Below are positions 54,313 through 63,565 of a DNA stretch of 64,000 bases, piece by piece. The notes under the pieces were generated by a model. It had not been told where the DNA came from. It searched no databases and saw only the letters and a list, made by a program, of their open reading frames with translations. Source of the stretch: an uncultured Eubacteriales bacterium (GTDB lineage Bacteria; Bacillota; Clostridia; Peptostreptococcales; Anaerovoracaceae); NCBI GenBank assembly GCA_902786355.1, contig CADABZ010000009.1, forward strand, positions 19,498-83,497, in the 5' to 3' direction. Each line of letters begins with the position of its first letter. The stretch's first letter is position 1. Both the position numbers and the translations under genes were made by a program.

Positions 54313-54459
54313 ATGGATATGTTCGGACCAAAATATAAATTCACTTATGAAGAAGTCAGAATCATAGTTCTGGCGCTGATAGAACTCAAGAATCAGCTGA
54401 TCGAAGAAGGCAGATACACTGACAGCGTTGATGACCTTCTTGTCAGGCTGGTCGACTAG
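54313..54459 (+). CDS. Small hypothetical protein (48 aa)
   Basis: This ORF is not in the track because it is under 60 aa. AAAGGAGG lies 2-3 nt before the ATG at 54313. The translation is MDMFGPKYKFTYEEVRIIVLALIELKNQLIEEGRYTDSVDDLLVRLVD. Confidence 0.45.
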   Translation: MDMFGPKYKFTYEEVRIIVLALIELKNQLIEEGRYTDSVDDLLVRLVD

Positions 54460-54562
54460 TTCAAAAAATTAATATTATTCAGCCAGTTTATACATGCCTG
54501 CTCTTAAATAGGGCAGGCTGTTATATTGTCACGAAAACCAGATGAAAGGAAGGTAATACTTA

Positions 54563-54946
54563 ATGGAACAACCAAGAGAAGGAAAGATGATCGTTATCAC
54601 AGGAGGCAAAGTAAAGGATGCAAATGTGCTTGTGGACAGAATAGCGAAACTCACGGCCGCACATTATCTTAGTTCTGTGGAATATGATCTGTCAAAGCGA
54701 ACAGAGCAGCAGATCAGGTGCACATTGATGAATCTCTACCGGGAAAGGAAGTACTGGGAGGCGGTAGGAGTCCTTATGGAGATTTTTAAGGAATTGGAAG
54801 ATGAAGGAGCACAGGATCTTCTGGTCGTACTCAATGCCGAGAGAACTGAAGCGAATGGAAGAGTATTTCTTGAAGGTTTACTCGAATACACAGGAATCTT
54901 CTGGGACAGAGCACCCGGAGATGTTCCCGTGAAAATGGCCAGTTAA
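54563..54946 (+). CDS. Hypothetical protein (127 aa), first gene of par operon
   Basis: The ORF has the SD GAAAGGAAGG. No family was recognised. Confidence 0.5.
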   Translation: MEQPREGKMIVITGGKVKDANVLVDRIAKLTAAHYLSSVEYDLSKRTEQQIRCTLMNLYRERKYWEAVGVLMEIFKELEDEGAQDLLVVLNAERTEANGRVFLEGLLEYTGIFWDRAPGDVPVKMAS

Positions 54947-54958
54947 GGGGGTGGTCGG

Positions 54959-55777
54959 ATGGCGAAAACAATAGCTATATGTAATCAGAAGGGAGGTGTC
55001 GGAAAAACAACGACTGCACTGAATCTTGGAGTCGGACTTGCAAGAGAAGGCCAGCGCGTACTTTTGATCGATGGAGATCCGCAAAGTGACCTGACCTCGT
55101 CATTAGGATACAACCCTGATGATCTGGATAAGTCCCTTGGCCGACTGATGTATCTTGCAACCAAAGACTCCAGACCGGATGTGGGGGACACTATTCTGCA
55201 TCACACAGAAGGGGTAGATATCATACCATCCAATCTGGATCTTTCTTCCATGGAGACTCAGCTTGTAAACGCGATGAGCAGAGAGAAAGTGCTGACCAAT
55301 CTTCTGAAGGATGTGAAAAAAGACTACGACTATATAATCATCGACTGTCTCCCGTCACTTGGTATGCTGACGATCAATGCGCTCACTGCAGCGGACAGCG
55401 TGATAATCCCCGTGCAGGCTCAGTACCTGCCGGCCAAAGGAATGACCCAGCTCATGAAGAGCATAGACATGGTCCGGAATCATACCAATGATCAGCTGAA
55501 GATCGATGGTATCGTTATGACTCTGGTTGATGGCAGAACCAATCTTGCCAAGGATGTAATCAACGCAATCAGAACCAATTATGGTATGCACCTGAGAATT
55601 TTCGACACCCAGATCCCTGTAGCAGTCAAGGCAGCAGAGGCAACAAGAGAAGGACAGAGCATCTTCGCTTATGACAGATCATCCAAACCGGCGAAGGCTT
55701 ATGAGATGCTGACAAAGGAGGTGATGAAGCTTGGCGAACGAGAGAAGCACAGAAATGAGATTGCCGTCACTCTCTGA
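54959..55777 (+). CDS. parA: ParA/Soj-family partition ATPase
   Basis: It has the deviant Walker A NQKGGVGKTTT, then LLIDGDPQ and IIIDCLPSLG. Confidence 0.9.
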   Translation: MAKTIAICNQKGGVGKTTTALNLGVGLAREGQRVLLIDGDPQSDLTSSLGYNPDDLDKSLGRLMYLATKDSRPDVGDTILHHTEGVDIIPSNLDLSSMETQLVNAMSREKVLTNLLKDVKKDYDYIIIDCLPSLGMLTINALTAADSVIIPVQAQYLPAKGMTQLMKSIDMVRNHTNDQLKIDGIVMTLVDGRTNLAKDVINAIRTNYGMHLRIFDTQIPVAVKAAEATREGQSIFAYDRSSKPAKAYEMLTKEVMKLGEREKHRNEIAVTL

Positions 55778-56669
55778 TCTGTTCTCCTCACAGGAAGAGC
55801 GTGATGATGCAAAACTAAAAAGGATCTACGAGATACCGCTCGATGAGATCGATCCATTTCCGGATCATCCATTCAAGGTCCGGGATGATGAGGATATGCA
55901 GAATCTGGTCGAATCAGTGAAAGCTAACGGAGTACTTACTCCTGCTACAGTACGGAAAAAAGAAGATGGCAGATATGAACTGCTGTCAGGACACAGAAGG
56001 CACAGAGCATGTAAGATCGCTGGAATACCTACCCTCAGATGCGAAGTAGTCGATATGACAAGAGATGAAGGAACGATTTTCATGGTAGAGTCCAACTTTC
56101 AGAGGAGTAAGATACTCCCAAGTGAGAAAGCATTTGCTTACAAAATGCGGCTGGAGGCGATGAAGAGGCAGGGGCAACGCACAGATCTAACTTCTCGCCC
56201 AGTGGGCGAGAAGTTAAGTGTGGAACGTGTCAGTGATGAATCCATAGACAGTGCACGACAGATTCATAGATATATTCGTCTTACAGAACTACTACCTGAA
56301 ATTTTAGACATGGTCGATGAGGGGCAGATAGCCCTGAGACCTGCGGTTGAGCTTTCATATATCCCAAAGCTGTCACAAGGGCTGCTGTGGGAATCGATGG
56401 AAATGGAGAGCTGCACACCGTCACATGCACAGGCAATCAGGATGAGGCGAATGTCGGAGGAAGGTAAGCTCACACCGGAAGCGATGGAAGCGATACTTAC
56501 CGAGGAGAAGCCGAATCAGAAAGAGAGGATCATTCTGAGAGGGGAACGATTCAGGAATCTGTTTCCTCCGGATCTCCCGGTATCCAAACGAGAGGACTAT
56601 ATCGCTGCCGCCATGGAATTCTACGGCAGACATCGGCAGAGGCAGCGGGAACGGGATGATGCCAGATAG
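55755..56669 (+). CDS. parB: ParB/Spo0J-like nuclease-domain partition protein
   Basis: It has a ParB N-terminal domain (PFPDHPFKVRDD...LLSGHRRHRACKIAG). The ATG at 55755 overlaps the parA 3' end. Confidence 0.85.
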   Translation: MRLPSLSDLFSSQEERDDAKLKRIYEIPLDEIDPFPDHPFKVRDDEDMQNLVESVKANGVLTPATVRKKEDGRYELLSGHRRHRACKIAGIPTLRCEVVDMTRDEGTIFMVESNFQRSKILPSEKAFAYKMRLEAMKRQGQRTDLTSRPVGEKLSVERVSDESIDSARQIHRYIRLTELLPEILDMVDEGQIALRPAVELSYIPKLSQGLLWESMEMESCTPSHAQAIRMRRMSEEGKLTPEAMEAILTEEKPNQKERIILRGERFRNLFPPDLPVSKREDYIAAAMEFYGRHRQRQRERDDAR

Positions 56670-56806
56670 GAGGAGTATTGCCCAACTGCATGAGGAGTAA
56701 CTTTTCCCATCTCCTTCCCTATAACCCTACCTCTATTACTACCAGTTACTAACCGAAGAAGAAAAATATTAATATTACAATAATCGCAATATCATGACAA
56801 ACATGC

Positions 56807-56840
56807 AACGCTCAGATTTAACGATCTGGGCGTTTTTTGT
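56807..56840 (+). terminator. Rho-independent terminator after parB
   Basis: AACGCTCAGA pairs with TCTGGGCGTT in a 10-bp stem with 1 G-U pair, followed by TTTTGTTTG. Confidence 0.75.
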
Positions 56841-56869
56841 TTGTCTGAATTGGCGGGAAAGGAAGGTAT

Positions 56870-57043
56870 ATGACGAAAACCAAAGAAGACAAAGCTAATG
56901 ACGAAGTGATCATCTGCACTGACGATGCAGGAATGCAGCTCTATCTCAGTGAAAAGGCAGCCAACAGGCTCAGCTGGATCCTCACAGGTGTTTGCATCGT
57001 GCTCAGCCTACCGGTGATCATCCTCGCATTCATGTGCATTTAG
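56870..57043 (+). CDS. Small membrane-anchored hypothetical protein (57 aa)
   Basis: This ORF is not in the track. The SD AAAGGAAGG precedes it, and it has a C-terminal TM segment WILTGVCIVLSLPVIILAFMCI. Confidence 0.45.
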   Translation: MTKTKEDKANDEVIICTDDAGMQLYLSEKAANRLSWILTGVCIVLSLPVIILAFMCI

Positions 57044-57062
57044 CGGAAAGGAGAAAACAGAT

Positions 57063-60000
57063 ATGTGTAAAGATCAAATGAAGACAAGGCTTTTTGCCAT
57101 CTTTCTTGTGTTCTGCATGCTGGCTGCATCTATGCCTATGCTTGCGTACGCGGCAGAAGGAAATGAAACTGATCCGACGCAGCAGATTACAGAAGAAGAA
57201 CAAACTGAAGCTGAGACACAGCCATCACAGGAGACGGTCGAGAAAGTGGAAACGACCGAAACAGGCAGTGACAAGGCTGCATCTGAATCTGCCGGAGAGG
57301 CGAAAACAAATCAGGAACCAGAAAAAGCTGAATCCAATGACAAGCCTGTACCAAAGGCGCTAAAGGCTGCGGCCAATGATGCTGCTGAAGAAGATGACGG
57401 GACCGGCATTGAAACGGATGAACAGACTGATCTTCCGGAAGGCGGACAGGAAGTAAAGTTCGTTTTCGATGGAGCAGATAAGCTTGATGCATGGATCGAA
57501 GGTGTCAGTGAATCAGCTTTCAGTATGGATCCTGAAACAGGAGACATCAACATCGACTACGACATCACCATCAACAACAACGATACCATGACTCTGAACG
57601 CAAACTCAGATATCATCTTCAAAGGAATTGACGGTAAGTGCCTTAATATCGGCGTCGGAAATGACCTGGATAATGCCAAGACCATTGTTACAGTCAGTCA
57701 GCCTGGTAAGCTTGCGACAGTCGGTACGACAGGCGAGTGTACTGTATATGTCAAAGTGACAGATACTCCGGAAGATATCGGAGAAACGATCGACGGAGAC
57801 CCTGACGATCCGGATTCGACAGTATCCTACAGCTTCATCACTTCAGAAGACGATGAGGGCAAATACTACGGTGACGGAGATCCTGAAGTCCACTCATCTA
57901 TCAAGAAGGGTGACAAGTTCACAGGATCTGCTGTCTGTGTATCCTGGATATACAACTGGGGTTCAGGTCCTTCACACGCAGACATCAAGTGCACAACAGG
58001 AAAGCTCAAGGGCAAGGTGATCGGTACAGCATGTATCTCAGGAAAGTCCAAGGCTCTCGCACTCAAGGGAGCCAAGTTCTCTTATGTTGCCAAAGTCGTA
58101 AGCGTTGACAGCAAGAAGGGCAAAGTCAAGTATGATGTCACCTTCTATCCGAGAGACCGTCATAACGTATCTTACGGAGAACTGAGTAATTTCCATGTAG
58201 CCACCCAGACGATGGCAGGAACAACAACTCTGTCATATACTCCGCAGATAGATGTCAAGGTCAAGAAAGTGGATCCGCAGACTCACTACAATCACCCTGA
58301 GAACTACAACGTCGGCGGCGCGACATTCCAGATCTATACGGATGAAGCATGTACCAAGAAGGCAACGGACATCAAGGGAAACAACGCTCTTCTCACCATC
58401 AAAGCTGACTCAACAGGTCACAGTGGAGAGAGCCAGACTATTACTCTTAAGAAGCTCGACGGCACAGAGTATTACGTCAAGGAAGTCAGTTGCCCTAAGG
58501 GATACAAGCTTGCAGGTATCGGTACGATCCAGGAAGACATGACAGTAGAAGAAGCAGTCGTGATTCCTCAGGTAAAGGTAGTCAAAAAGGCAGCTCAGAC
58601 AGATGTCGACTATCTGCAGTTTTCCAACAACTACACTCTAAAAGGTGCTGAGTACACCATGTACTGTGACGCTGCATGCACCAAGGTCGCAAAAGATATC
58701 ACAGGCAAAGCTGTTGTGTTCAAGACAGATATTATGGGGCAGACTTCACCTGTAAGAGTGGATATCGGAAACTACTGGGTCAGGGAAACCAAGGCATCCA
58801 AGGGATTCAGGAAGGATAGTAAGACATACAGCTTCACTCTCACAGAGGCTCATGAGGACGAGCCTTACACAGTCGATTCCACTGAGGAGCCAACATATAA
58901 GAATCCGGGACTCAAGGTGTTCAAATTCGATCCTACCGGAGCCAAGGGGTGGAAGAGACTTGTCAATGCTGAATTCACAATCAAATACTACGATGTAACT
59001 GTGCCATATGGCGATGAGAACGACATAGATCCTGCTTCAGTCGATCTTTCAGGCAAGACCCCTGTACGTCAGTGGACGTTCAAGACGAGAAAGATGCCTA
59101 CAGACGATCCTACCGTGATCATGGCGGGATTCGACTGGAACAGTGATGAAACGGTCAGCGGTGATGATTTCCTTACTGAAGGCGGCAGCCGTATACTTCC
59201 ATGCGGCTTTTACACGATAGAAGAGACAAAGTCACCTACAGGTCTTTCTCTTTTCGAAAAGATCTATCACGGTAAAGTATACCAGCCTGCAAACGGTGCA
59301 GCTGCAAGTGTCTTTACAGAAGGAGCAACCGCAGACGGACAGATCATCACAAAGATCAATGTTCCGAATAAACCTCAGCATGTGACTGTCGGCATCAGAA
59401 AGCTCGATGCGGAATCAGAGACTACTGTAGCTAAGGGACAGGCGAGTTCTGAGAGAAAGAGTGCTTTCGGATCACTTGCAGGAGCTAAATACGAAGTCTA
59501 CTTCGATAACGACGAGACAGAGAAACCTGAGATCGTCGGAACTATCACTACAGATGAGAAGGGCGAAGGATACCTCACCAAGAGGATGGCAGGCAGACCT
59601 GAAGCCATCGGAGATGATCTTGAGCCGGGAACATATTACGTCAAGGAAGTAAAGGCGTCCCCTGGATATGTAGTAGACAAGTATATCCTCAAGGATGGTA
59701 AGACTGAAGAGATCAGATCCGGAAAAATCGAAGTGATCTGCGGCTACAGAGAAGACGGCAAGGCCGTAACAAAGACCATCACAGGAGAATATGGCGACGG
59801 TATGCATCTTTTCAGAACAAGAGCAGAGAATGAGAGCACCGAGATCTTCAATTACACTGTAACTTCAAAGGACTGGCCGCATAAGACACACATAAGAAAG
59901 ACTGATGCGGCTACAGGCAAAGATCTTCCGGGAGCGAAGCTTCAGATCATCGATGCAGCCGGTCAGATTGTTGAAGCGTGGACATCGACAAATGAAGAAC

Positions 60001-61754
60001 ACATCGTATGGGCGCTTCCAGATGGGAAATACACGCTTCGTGAGATCGCAGCACCATATGGCTATGATGTAGCCGAGGATATCTCGTTCGAGATCAGGGA
60101 TAACGTCATAGAGAACTCAGTGGAGATGAAGAACAAGCCTGTTACAGTCGGCACAACTGCACTTGATGATGCAACACAGTCCCACCAGGGCGTGTTTGCT
60201 GAATACTCGACTATCGTGGATAAGGTCAAAGTGACAGGCCTTTACGAAGGCAGAGAGTACGTTATCAAGGGTGTCATGATGGACAAAGCGGCAGGTGAAG
60301 CGATCACAGACGCTGAAGGAAACCCTGTGACCGCCGAGTCAAAGCCTTTCATCGCAACAGGCGATGAGATGGAAGTGGAAGTTGAGTTCACGGTTGATTC
60401 GTCAAAGTTCACTACTGACACTGTAGCTGTAGTATTCGAGAATCTGTATAGAACAAGTCAGGTCCATGATGAAGAGACACCTGTCGAGCTCCAGAAGCAT
60501 GAGGAGATCGGTGATGAGGAGCAGTCGATCCACTATGGCGGTATCGTATCTACAACAGCTCTCGACAAGGCCTCGAAGAGCCACAATATCCTTGCGGCTG
60601 AGAACGTTACAATCGTTGACACTGTAAAGTTTGAGAATCTCTCTCCAAACAGCGAATACGAGATCACGGGAACGATCTTCGATAAGACCACCGGCAAGCT
60701 TACGGATATCTCAGCATCAAAGAAGTTCACTCCGAAGACTGCTGACGGTACTGTAGATGTCGAATTCATATTCAATGCTACTGAGTTTGCTAACCATGAC
60801 CTTGTTGTATATGAGACTCTTCTCATCAATAAGATAGAGATCAACAGACATGAGAATCCTGATGATGAAAATCAGACGATGTATGTTCCTGAGATCAAAA
60901 CTACTGCTGCTGATATAGCTACCGGTGATCATATCGCATATGGCGGTGAGACTGTAAGGATCAACGATGTAGTTGAATACCACAACCTCATCCCGGGCAA
61001 GCAGTATACTATGAACGGTACTCTTATGAATCAGAGAACAGGAAAGCCTGTGAAGGTAAACGGCAAAACTGTCACTGCATCCAGAACATTCACACCGAGC
61101 GAGAAAGACGGAACTGTCGAGATCGAATTTGTATTCAACGGGATCGATCTCAGAGGAGATACGGTAGTCGCATTTGAGGAATGCACAGTTGACAGAATAC
61201 CTGTCGCAGTGCATATGGACATCAATGATGTTCCTCAGTCTGTGAAGATCCCTAAGATCGGGACAAAGGCAGCTCTTGTAGACAAAGCTGTCGAAGATAC
61301 TGTTTCATACGAGAATCTTATCCCGGGACAGTACTTCCTGAGAGGATGGCTCGTCGATAAAGAGACCGGAGAAAAGATCAAAGGTTCCGAAGGGGAGACT
61401 CTTCTCAATGTTACAGAAGGTGCAACGTCTGGTACTGCTGTTGTTGAACTCAGTATCGACAATTACGACAAGCTCTCAGGACATAAGATCGTGGCCTTTG
61501 AGGAATGCTATTATGTCGTGACCAATGATGACGGCACACCCGGAGAGAAGCTCGTAGGTGAGCATAAGGATATAAAGGACGGAAAGCAGACTGTAAAGAT
61601 CCCGTTCGGTGGTCCGAAGACAGGTGACAGCACGCCTCTTTTGATTTACTTCGGGATATTTACAGCAGCGCTCGGAGGAATGCTTTTCTTCGTGATCAGA
61701 GAGTATGCCGAAAGACGCAGACAGCACAGAGAGGATATGGAGATGTTCGCCTGA
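57063..61754 (+). CDS. Large sortase-anchored surface adhesin: signal peptide, acidic linker, SpaA/Cna-B-type Ig-like domains, four C-terminal VaFE repeats, PKTGD sorting signal
   Basis: The signal peptide is LFAIFLVFCMLAASMPMLAYA. Repeated GA.F/Y-type prealbumin-fold segments occur (VGGATFQIYTD, LKGAEYTMYCD, LAGAKYEVYFD, LPGAKLQIID). There are four ~120-aa repeats ending VFE/VYE/VAFE plus HxDxxDxxQ. The C-terminus is GGPKTGD, then a TM helix, then a RRRQHR tail. Confidence 0.85.
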   Translation: MCKDQMKTRLFAIFLVFCMLAASMPMLAYAAEGNETDPTQQITEEEQTEAETQPSQETVEKVETTETGSDKAASESAGEAKTNQEPEKAESNDKPVPKALKAAANDAAEEDDGTGIETDEQTDLPEGGQEVKFVFDGADKLDAWIEGVSESAFSMDPETGDINIDYDITINNNDTMTLNANSDIIFKGIDGKCLNIGVGNDLDNAKTIVTVSQPGKLATVGTTGECTVYVKVTDTPEDIGETIDGDPDDPDSTVSYSFITSEDDEGKYYGDGDPEVHSSIKKGDKFTGSAVCVSWIYNWGSGPSHADIKCTTGKLKGKVIGTACISGKSKALALKGAKFSYVAKVVSVDSKKGKVKYDVTFYPRDRHNVSYGELSNFHVATQTMAGTTTLSYTPQIDVKVKKVDPQTHYNHPENYNVGGATFQIYTDEACTKKATDIKGNNALLTIKADSTGHSGESQTITLKKLDGTEYYVKEVSCPKGYKLAGIGTIQEDMTVEEAVVIPQVKVVKKAAQTDVDYLQFSNNYTLKGAEYTMYCDAACTKVAKDITGKAVVFKTDIMGQTSPVRVDIGNYWVRETKASKGFRKDSKTYSFTLTEAHEDEPYTVDSTEEPTYKNPGLKVFKFDPTGAKGWKRLVNAEFTIKYYDVTVPYGDENDIDPASVDLSGKTPVRQWTFKTRKMPTDDPTVIMAGFDWNSDETVSGDDFLTEGGSRILPCGFYTIEETKSPTGLSLFEKIYHGKVYQPANGAAASVFTEGATADGQIITKINVPNKPQHVTVGIRKLDAESETTVAKGQASSERKSAFGSLAGAKYEVYFDNDETEKPEIVGTITTDEKGEGYLTKRMAGRPEAIGDDLEPGTYYVKEVKASPGYVVDKYILKDGKTEEIRSGKIEVICGYREDGKAVTKTITGEYGDGMHLFRTRAENESTEIFNYTVTSKDWPHKTHIRKTDAATGKDLPGAKLQIIDAAGQIVEAWTSTNEEHIVWALPDGKYTLREIAAPYGYDVAEDISFEIRDNVIENSVEMKNKPVTVGTTALDDATQSHQGVFAEYSTIVDKVKVTGLYEGREYVIKGVMMDKAAGEAITDAEGNPVTAESKPFIATGDEMEVEVEFTVDSSKFTTDTVAVVFENLYRTSQVHDEETPVELQKHEEIGDEEQSIHYGGIVSTTALDKASKSHNILAAENVTIVDTVKFENLSPNSEYEITGTIFDKTTGKLTDISASKKFTPKTADGTVDVEFIFNATEFANHDLVVYETLLINKIEINRHENPDDENQTMYVPEIKTTAADIATGDHIAYGGETVRINDVVEYHNLIPGKQYTMNGTLMNQRTGKPVKVNGKTVTASRTFTPSEKDGTVEIEFVFNGIDLRGDTVVAFEECTVDRIPVAVHMDINDVPQSVKIPKIGTKAALVDKAVEDTVSYENLIPGQYFLRGWLVDKETGEKIKGSEGETLLNVTEGATSGTAVVELSIDNYDKLSGHKIVAFEECYYVVTNDDGTPGEKLVGEHKDIKDGKQTVKIPFGGPKTGDSTPLLIYFGIFTAALGGMLFFVIREYAERRRQHREDMEMFA
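60150..61613 (+). repeat. Four tandem ~360-nt coding repeats (VaFE-type, predicted Thr-Gln ester-bond Ig domains)
   Basis: The repeat units are approximately 60150-60545, 60546-60900, 60901-61260 and 61261-61613. Each starts T(T/K)A(L/A)D-like and ends with HEEIGDEEQ, HENPDDENQ, HMDINDVPQ or HKDIKDGKQ. Confidence 0.75.
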
Positions 61755-61836
61755 TAAGGGCAGCATCGGTAGCGCAGAGGCGGAAGCTTAGCAGCAACCG
61801 CCTCTATTGTTTTGCAAGAATAATGGAGGAAGACCA

Positions 61837-62157
61837 ATGAATCATAAAGAAACATCTTTGAATGTTGAAGTCGCGAGACTGTGTGGAACGAATGCAGCAG
61901 TCGTGGCTTCCAAGCTGTGGGAATCACAGGCTGACAGTGAGGCGGTCAGATATATTGACGGATATCCGTGGATCAGAGCCTCGTATAGAAGGCTCACGGT
62001 AAAGATACCGTTTCTGTCGGTGCACATGGTGAGGACAGCAGTAAAGAAGCTGCTGAGGGAAGGAGTCATCAAGGTCGGAGTATACAACGACAGCAAGTTC
62101 GATCATACACACAGCTATACCTTTACAGGCTATGGCAGAGACCTGATGAGGCCATAG
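61837..62157 (+). CDS. Hypothetical protein, probable winged-helix DNA-binding
   Basis: The ATG at 61837 follows GGAGGAAG. The helix-rich 106-aa protein (ARLCGTNAAVVASKLWE...MVRTAVKKLLREGVI) was not assigned to a family. Confidence 0.45.
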   Translation: MNHKETSLNVEVARLCGTNAAVVASKLWESQADSEAVRYIDGYPWIRASYRRLTVKIPFLSVHMVRTAVKKLLREGVIKVGVYNDSKFDHTHSYTFTGYGRDLMRP

Positions 62158-62194
62158 CAAAGAGACATATCTGGGAATAATGAAGGAGATAAAC

Positions 62195-62410
62195 ATGAAA
62201 GAGTTACCGGTAACACCAGGCAGGAGAAGAATGTGCCCGGACAATTGCAGATACAGAGATAAGAGGACTTCATTTTGCGGTTTCTGCATGATGGAGATCA
62301 AGAAAAAGACAGAGGAGAAAATGCATGGCAATAGACAAGTCAAAGATCAAAACACTGGAAAAATTAAAGGAGAAGGGCTTCGACACAGCGAACAAGATAA
62401 GGCCGCTTGA
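62195..62410 (+). CDS. Small Cys-rich protein (CPDNC...CGFC, zinc-ribbon-like)
   Basis: GAAGGAG lies 6 nt before the ATG at 62195. The 3' 86 nt overlap the next ORF in another frame, so the true end is uncertain. Confidence 0.4.
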   Translation: MKELPVTPGRRRMCPDNCRYRDKRTSFCGFCMMEIKKKTEEKMHGNRQVKDQNTGKIKGEGLRHSEQDKAA

Positions 62411-62624
62411 GATGGAGGAGGTGTTTGAGAACGGCCTCGAGAATGAGCTCGGGAACATCATTGGCCTCAAGAAAGCAATCAAGGCTAATCACAGCGAGAT
62501 CGCCTGGCTGCTTGACGGATCAGACCCAAAACCGGAAAAGAAGGAGGAGCATACTCGTGCAGATGATGATAGAGCCGCAGGAACCAGAATATATTCCGAG
62601 GCATATGAGACGGAAAGCTATTGA
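62325..62624 (+). CDS. Hypothetical protein (99 aa)
   Basis: GAGGAGAAA lies 7 nt before the ATG at 62325. The translation starts MAIDKSKIKTLEKLKEKGFDTANKI... Confidence 0.45.
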   Translation: MAIDKSKIKTLEKLKEKGFDTANKIRPLEMEEVFENGLENELGNIIGLKKAIKANHSEIAWLLDGSDPKPEKKEEHTRADDDRAAGTRIYSEAYETESY

Positions 62625-62736
62625 AGTAACACTGAAAGGACTCCGACAGCTTGTGGATGAGCTGCCGGAAGGGGTGATTCTTTCGGTGAATCCGCGGGAG
62701 GTGTCTGATGGGCAGGAAAATGGGAAATCCGAATGA
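62557..62736 (+). CDS. Small hypothetical protein (~58 aa)
   Basis: GAAGGAGGAG lies 7 nt before the GTG at 62557, with ATG at 62563. It overlaps both neighbours. Confidence 0.35.
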   Translation: MQMMIEPQEPEYIPRHMRRKAIEVTLKGLRQLVDELPEGVILSVNPREVSDGQENGKSE

Positions 62737-63205
62737 AGTACAGGTAGTCAACATCCGCATGGTTAGAGAACCTTCTATTTATAGTGAGGATAAGATCACC
62801 TGCCCTGAAGATGCCGTCAAAGCAATAGCGAAAGATATGGCAACTTATGACAGAGAAGTTTTCGCAGTAATGAATCTCAAGACTAATGGGCAGATAATCA
62901 ATCTGAATATCTGCAGCATGGGAACGCTGGATGCTTCAATGGTGAGTCCAAGGGAAGTGTTTAAGTCCAGTATCCTAAGCAATGCGGCATCATTCATAGC
63001 GATCCACAATCACCCCAGCGGCAGTCTGCAGCCCAGTCAGGAGGACCGGGATGTCACAAGAAGGCTTCTGGAATGCGGAGACCTTCTGAACATAAAGATG
63101 CTGGATCATATAATAGTGGCCGGGGAGTCGGCTCATGTATACAGCTTCAGAGAACATGGGGAACTGGATATGCTGAAGCCAAGGCAAAGAGATTGGGAAA
63201 GGTAG
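62708..63205 (+). CDS. radC: RadC-like JAB/MPN-domain protein
   Basis: It has the JAMM motif IAIHNHPSGSLQPSQEDRDVT, and GGAGG lies 6 nt upstream. Confidence 0.85.
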   Translation: MGRKMGNPNEVQVVNIRMVREPSIYSEDKITCPEDAVKAIAKDMATYDREVFAVMNLKTNGQIINLNICSMGTLDASMVSPREVFKSSILSNAASFIAIHNHPSGSLQPSQEDRDVTRRLLECGDLLNIKMLDHIIVAGESAHVYSFREHGELDMLKPRQRDWER

Positions 63206-63211
63206 GTGGAC

Positions 63212-63481
63212 ATGGCAAACGGAGAAATAGAATTCAACATTCATGAACGAATTGCAGTTCTCGAAAGGCATGAGAATGGATGGTGCAGAGAACTTAACAT
63301 AGTTTCCTGGAACAAAGGTGAACCAAAACTGGATATACGTGAGTGGTCACCTGATCACGAACGTATGACTAGAGGAATCACTTTATCTGAAGAACAGGGA
63401 AGAAAACTGTCAGATGCGCTCAGCAACAGATATGCGAGCAGAGAGAATCGTAAACTTGAACGGGATATTGAGGAACGATAA
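63212..63481 (+). CDS. YdbC/PC4-like small ssDNA-binding-type protein
   Basis: This ~89-aa protein has the pattern RELNIVSWNKGEPKLDIREWSPDHERMTRGITL, typical of the YdbC (PC4-fold) family, recalled from memory. Confidence 0.45.
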   Translation: MANGEIEFNIHERIAVLERHENGWCRELNIVSWNKGEPKLDIREWSPDHERMTRGITLSEEQGRKLSDALSNRYASRENRKLERDIEER

Positions 63482-63565
63482 CATCTGACACAGGCGCGGC
63501 ACCTGTAGTCGTTATGACCGGAATTGCCGCAGTACATCATCCATGCAGCTTGTGGAGGGTTAAGT

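Noticed and set aside
56765-56776. A 12-bp palindrome, AATATTAATATT, after parB.
   Set aside because: It is pure A/T in an AT-rich spacer, so such palindromes are expected by chance.
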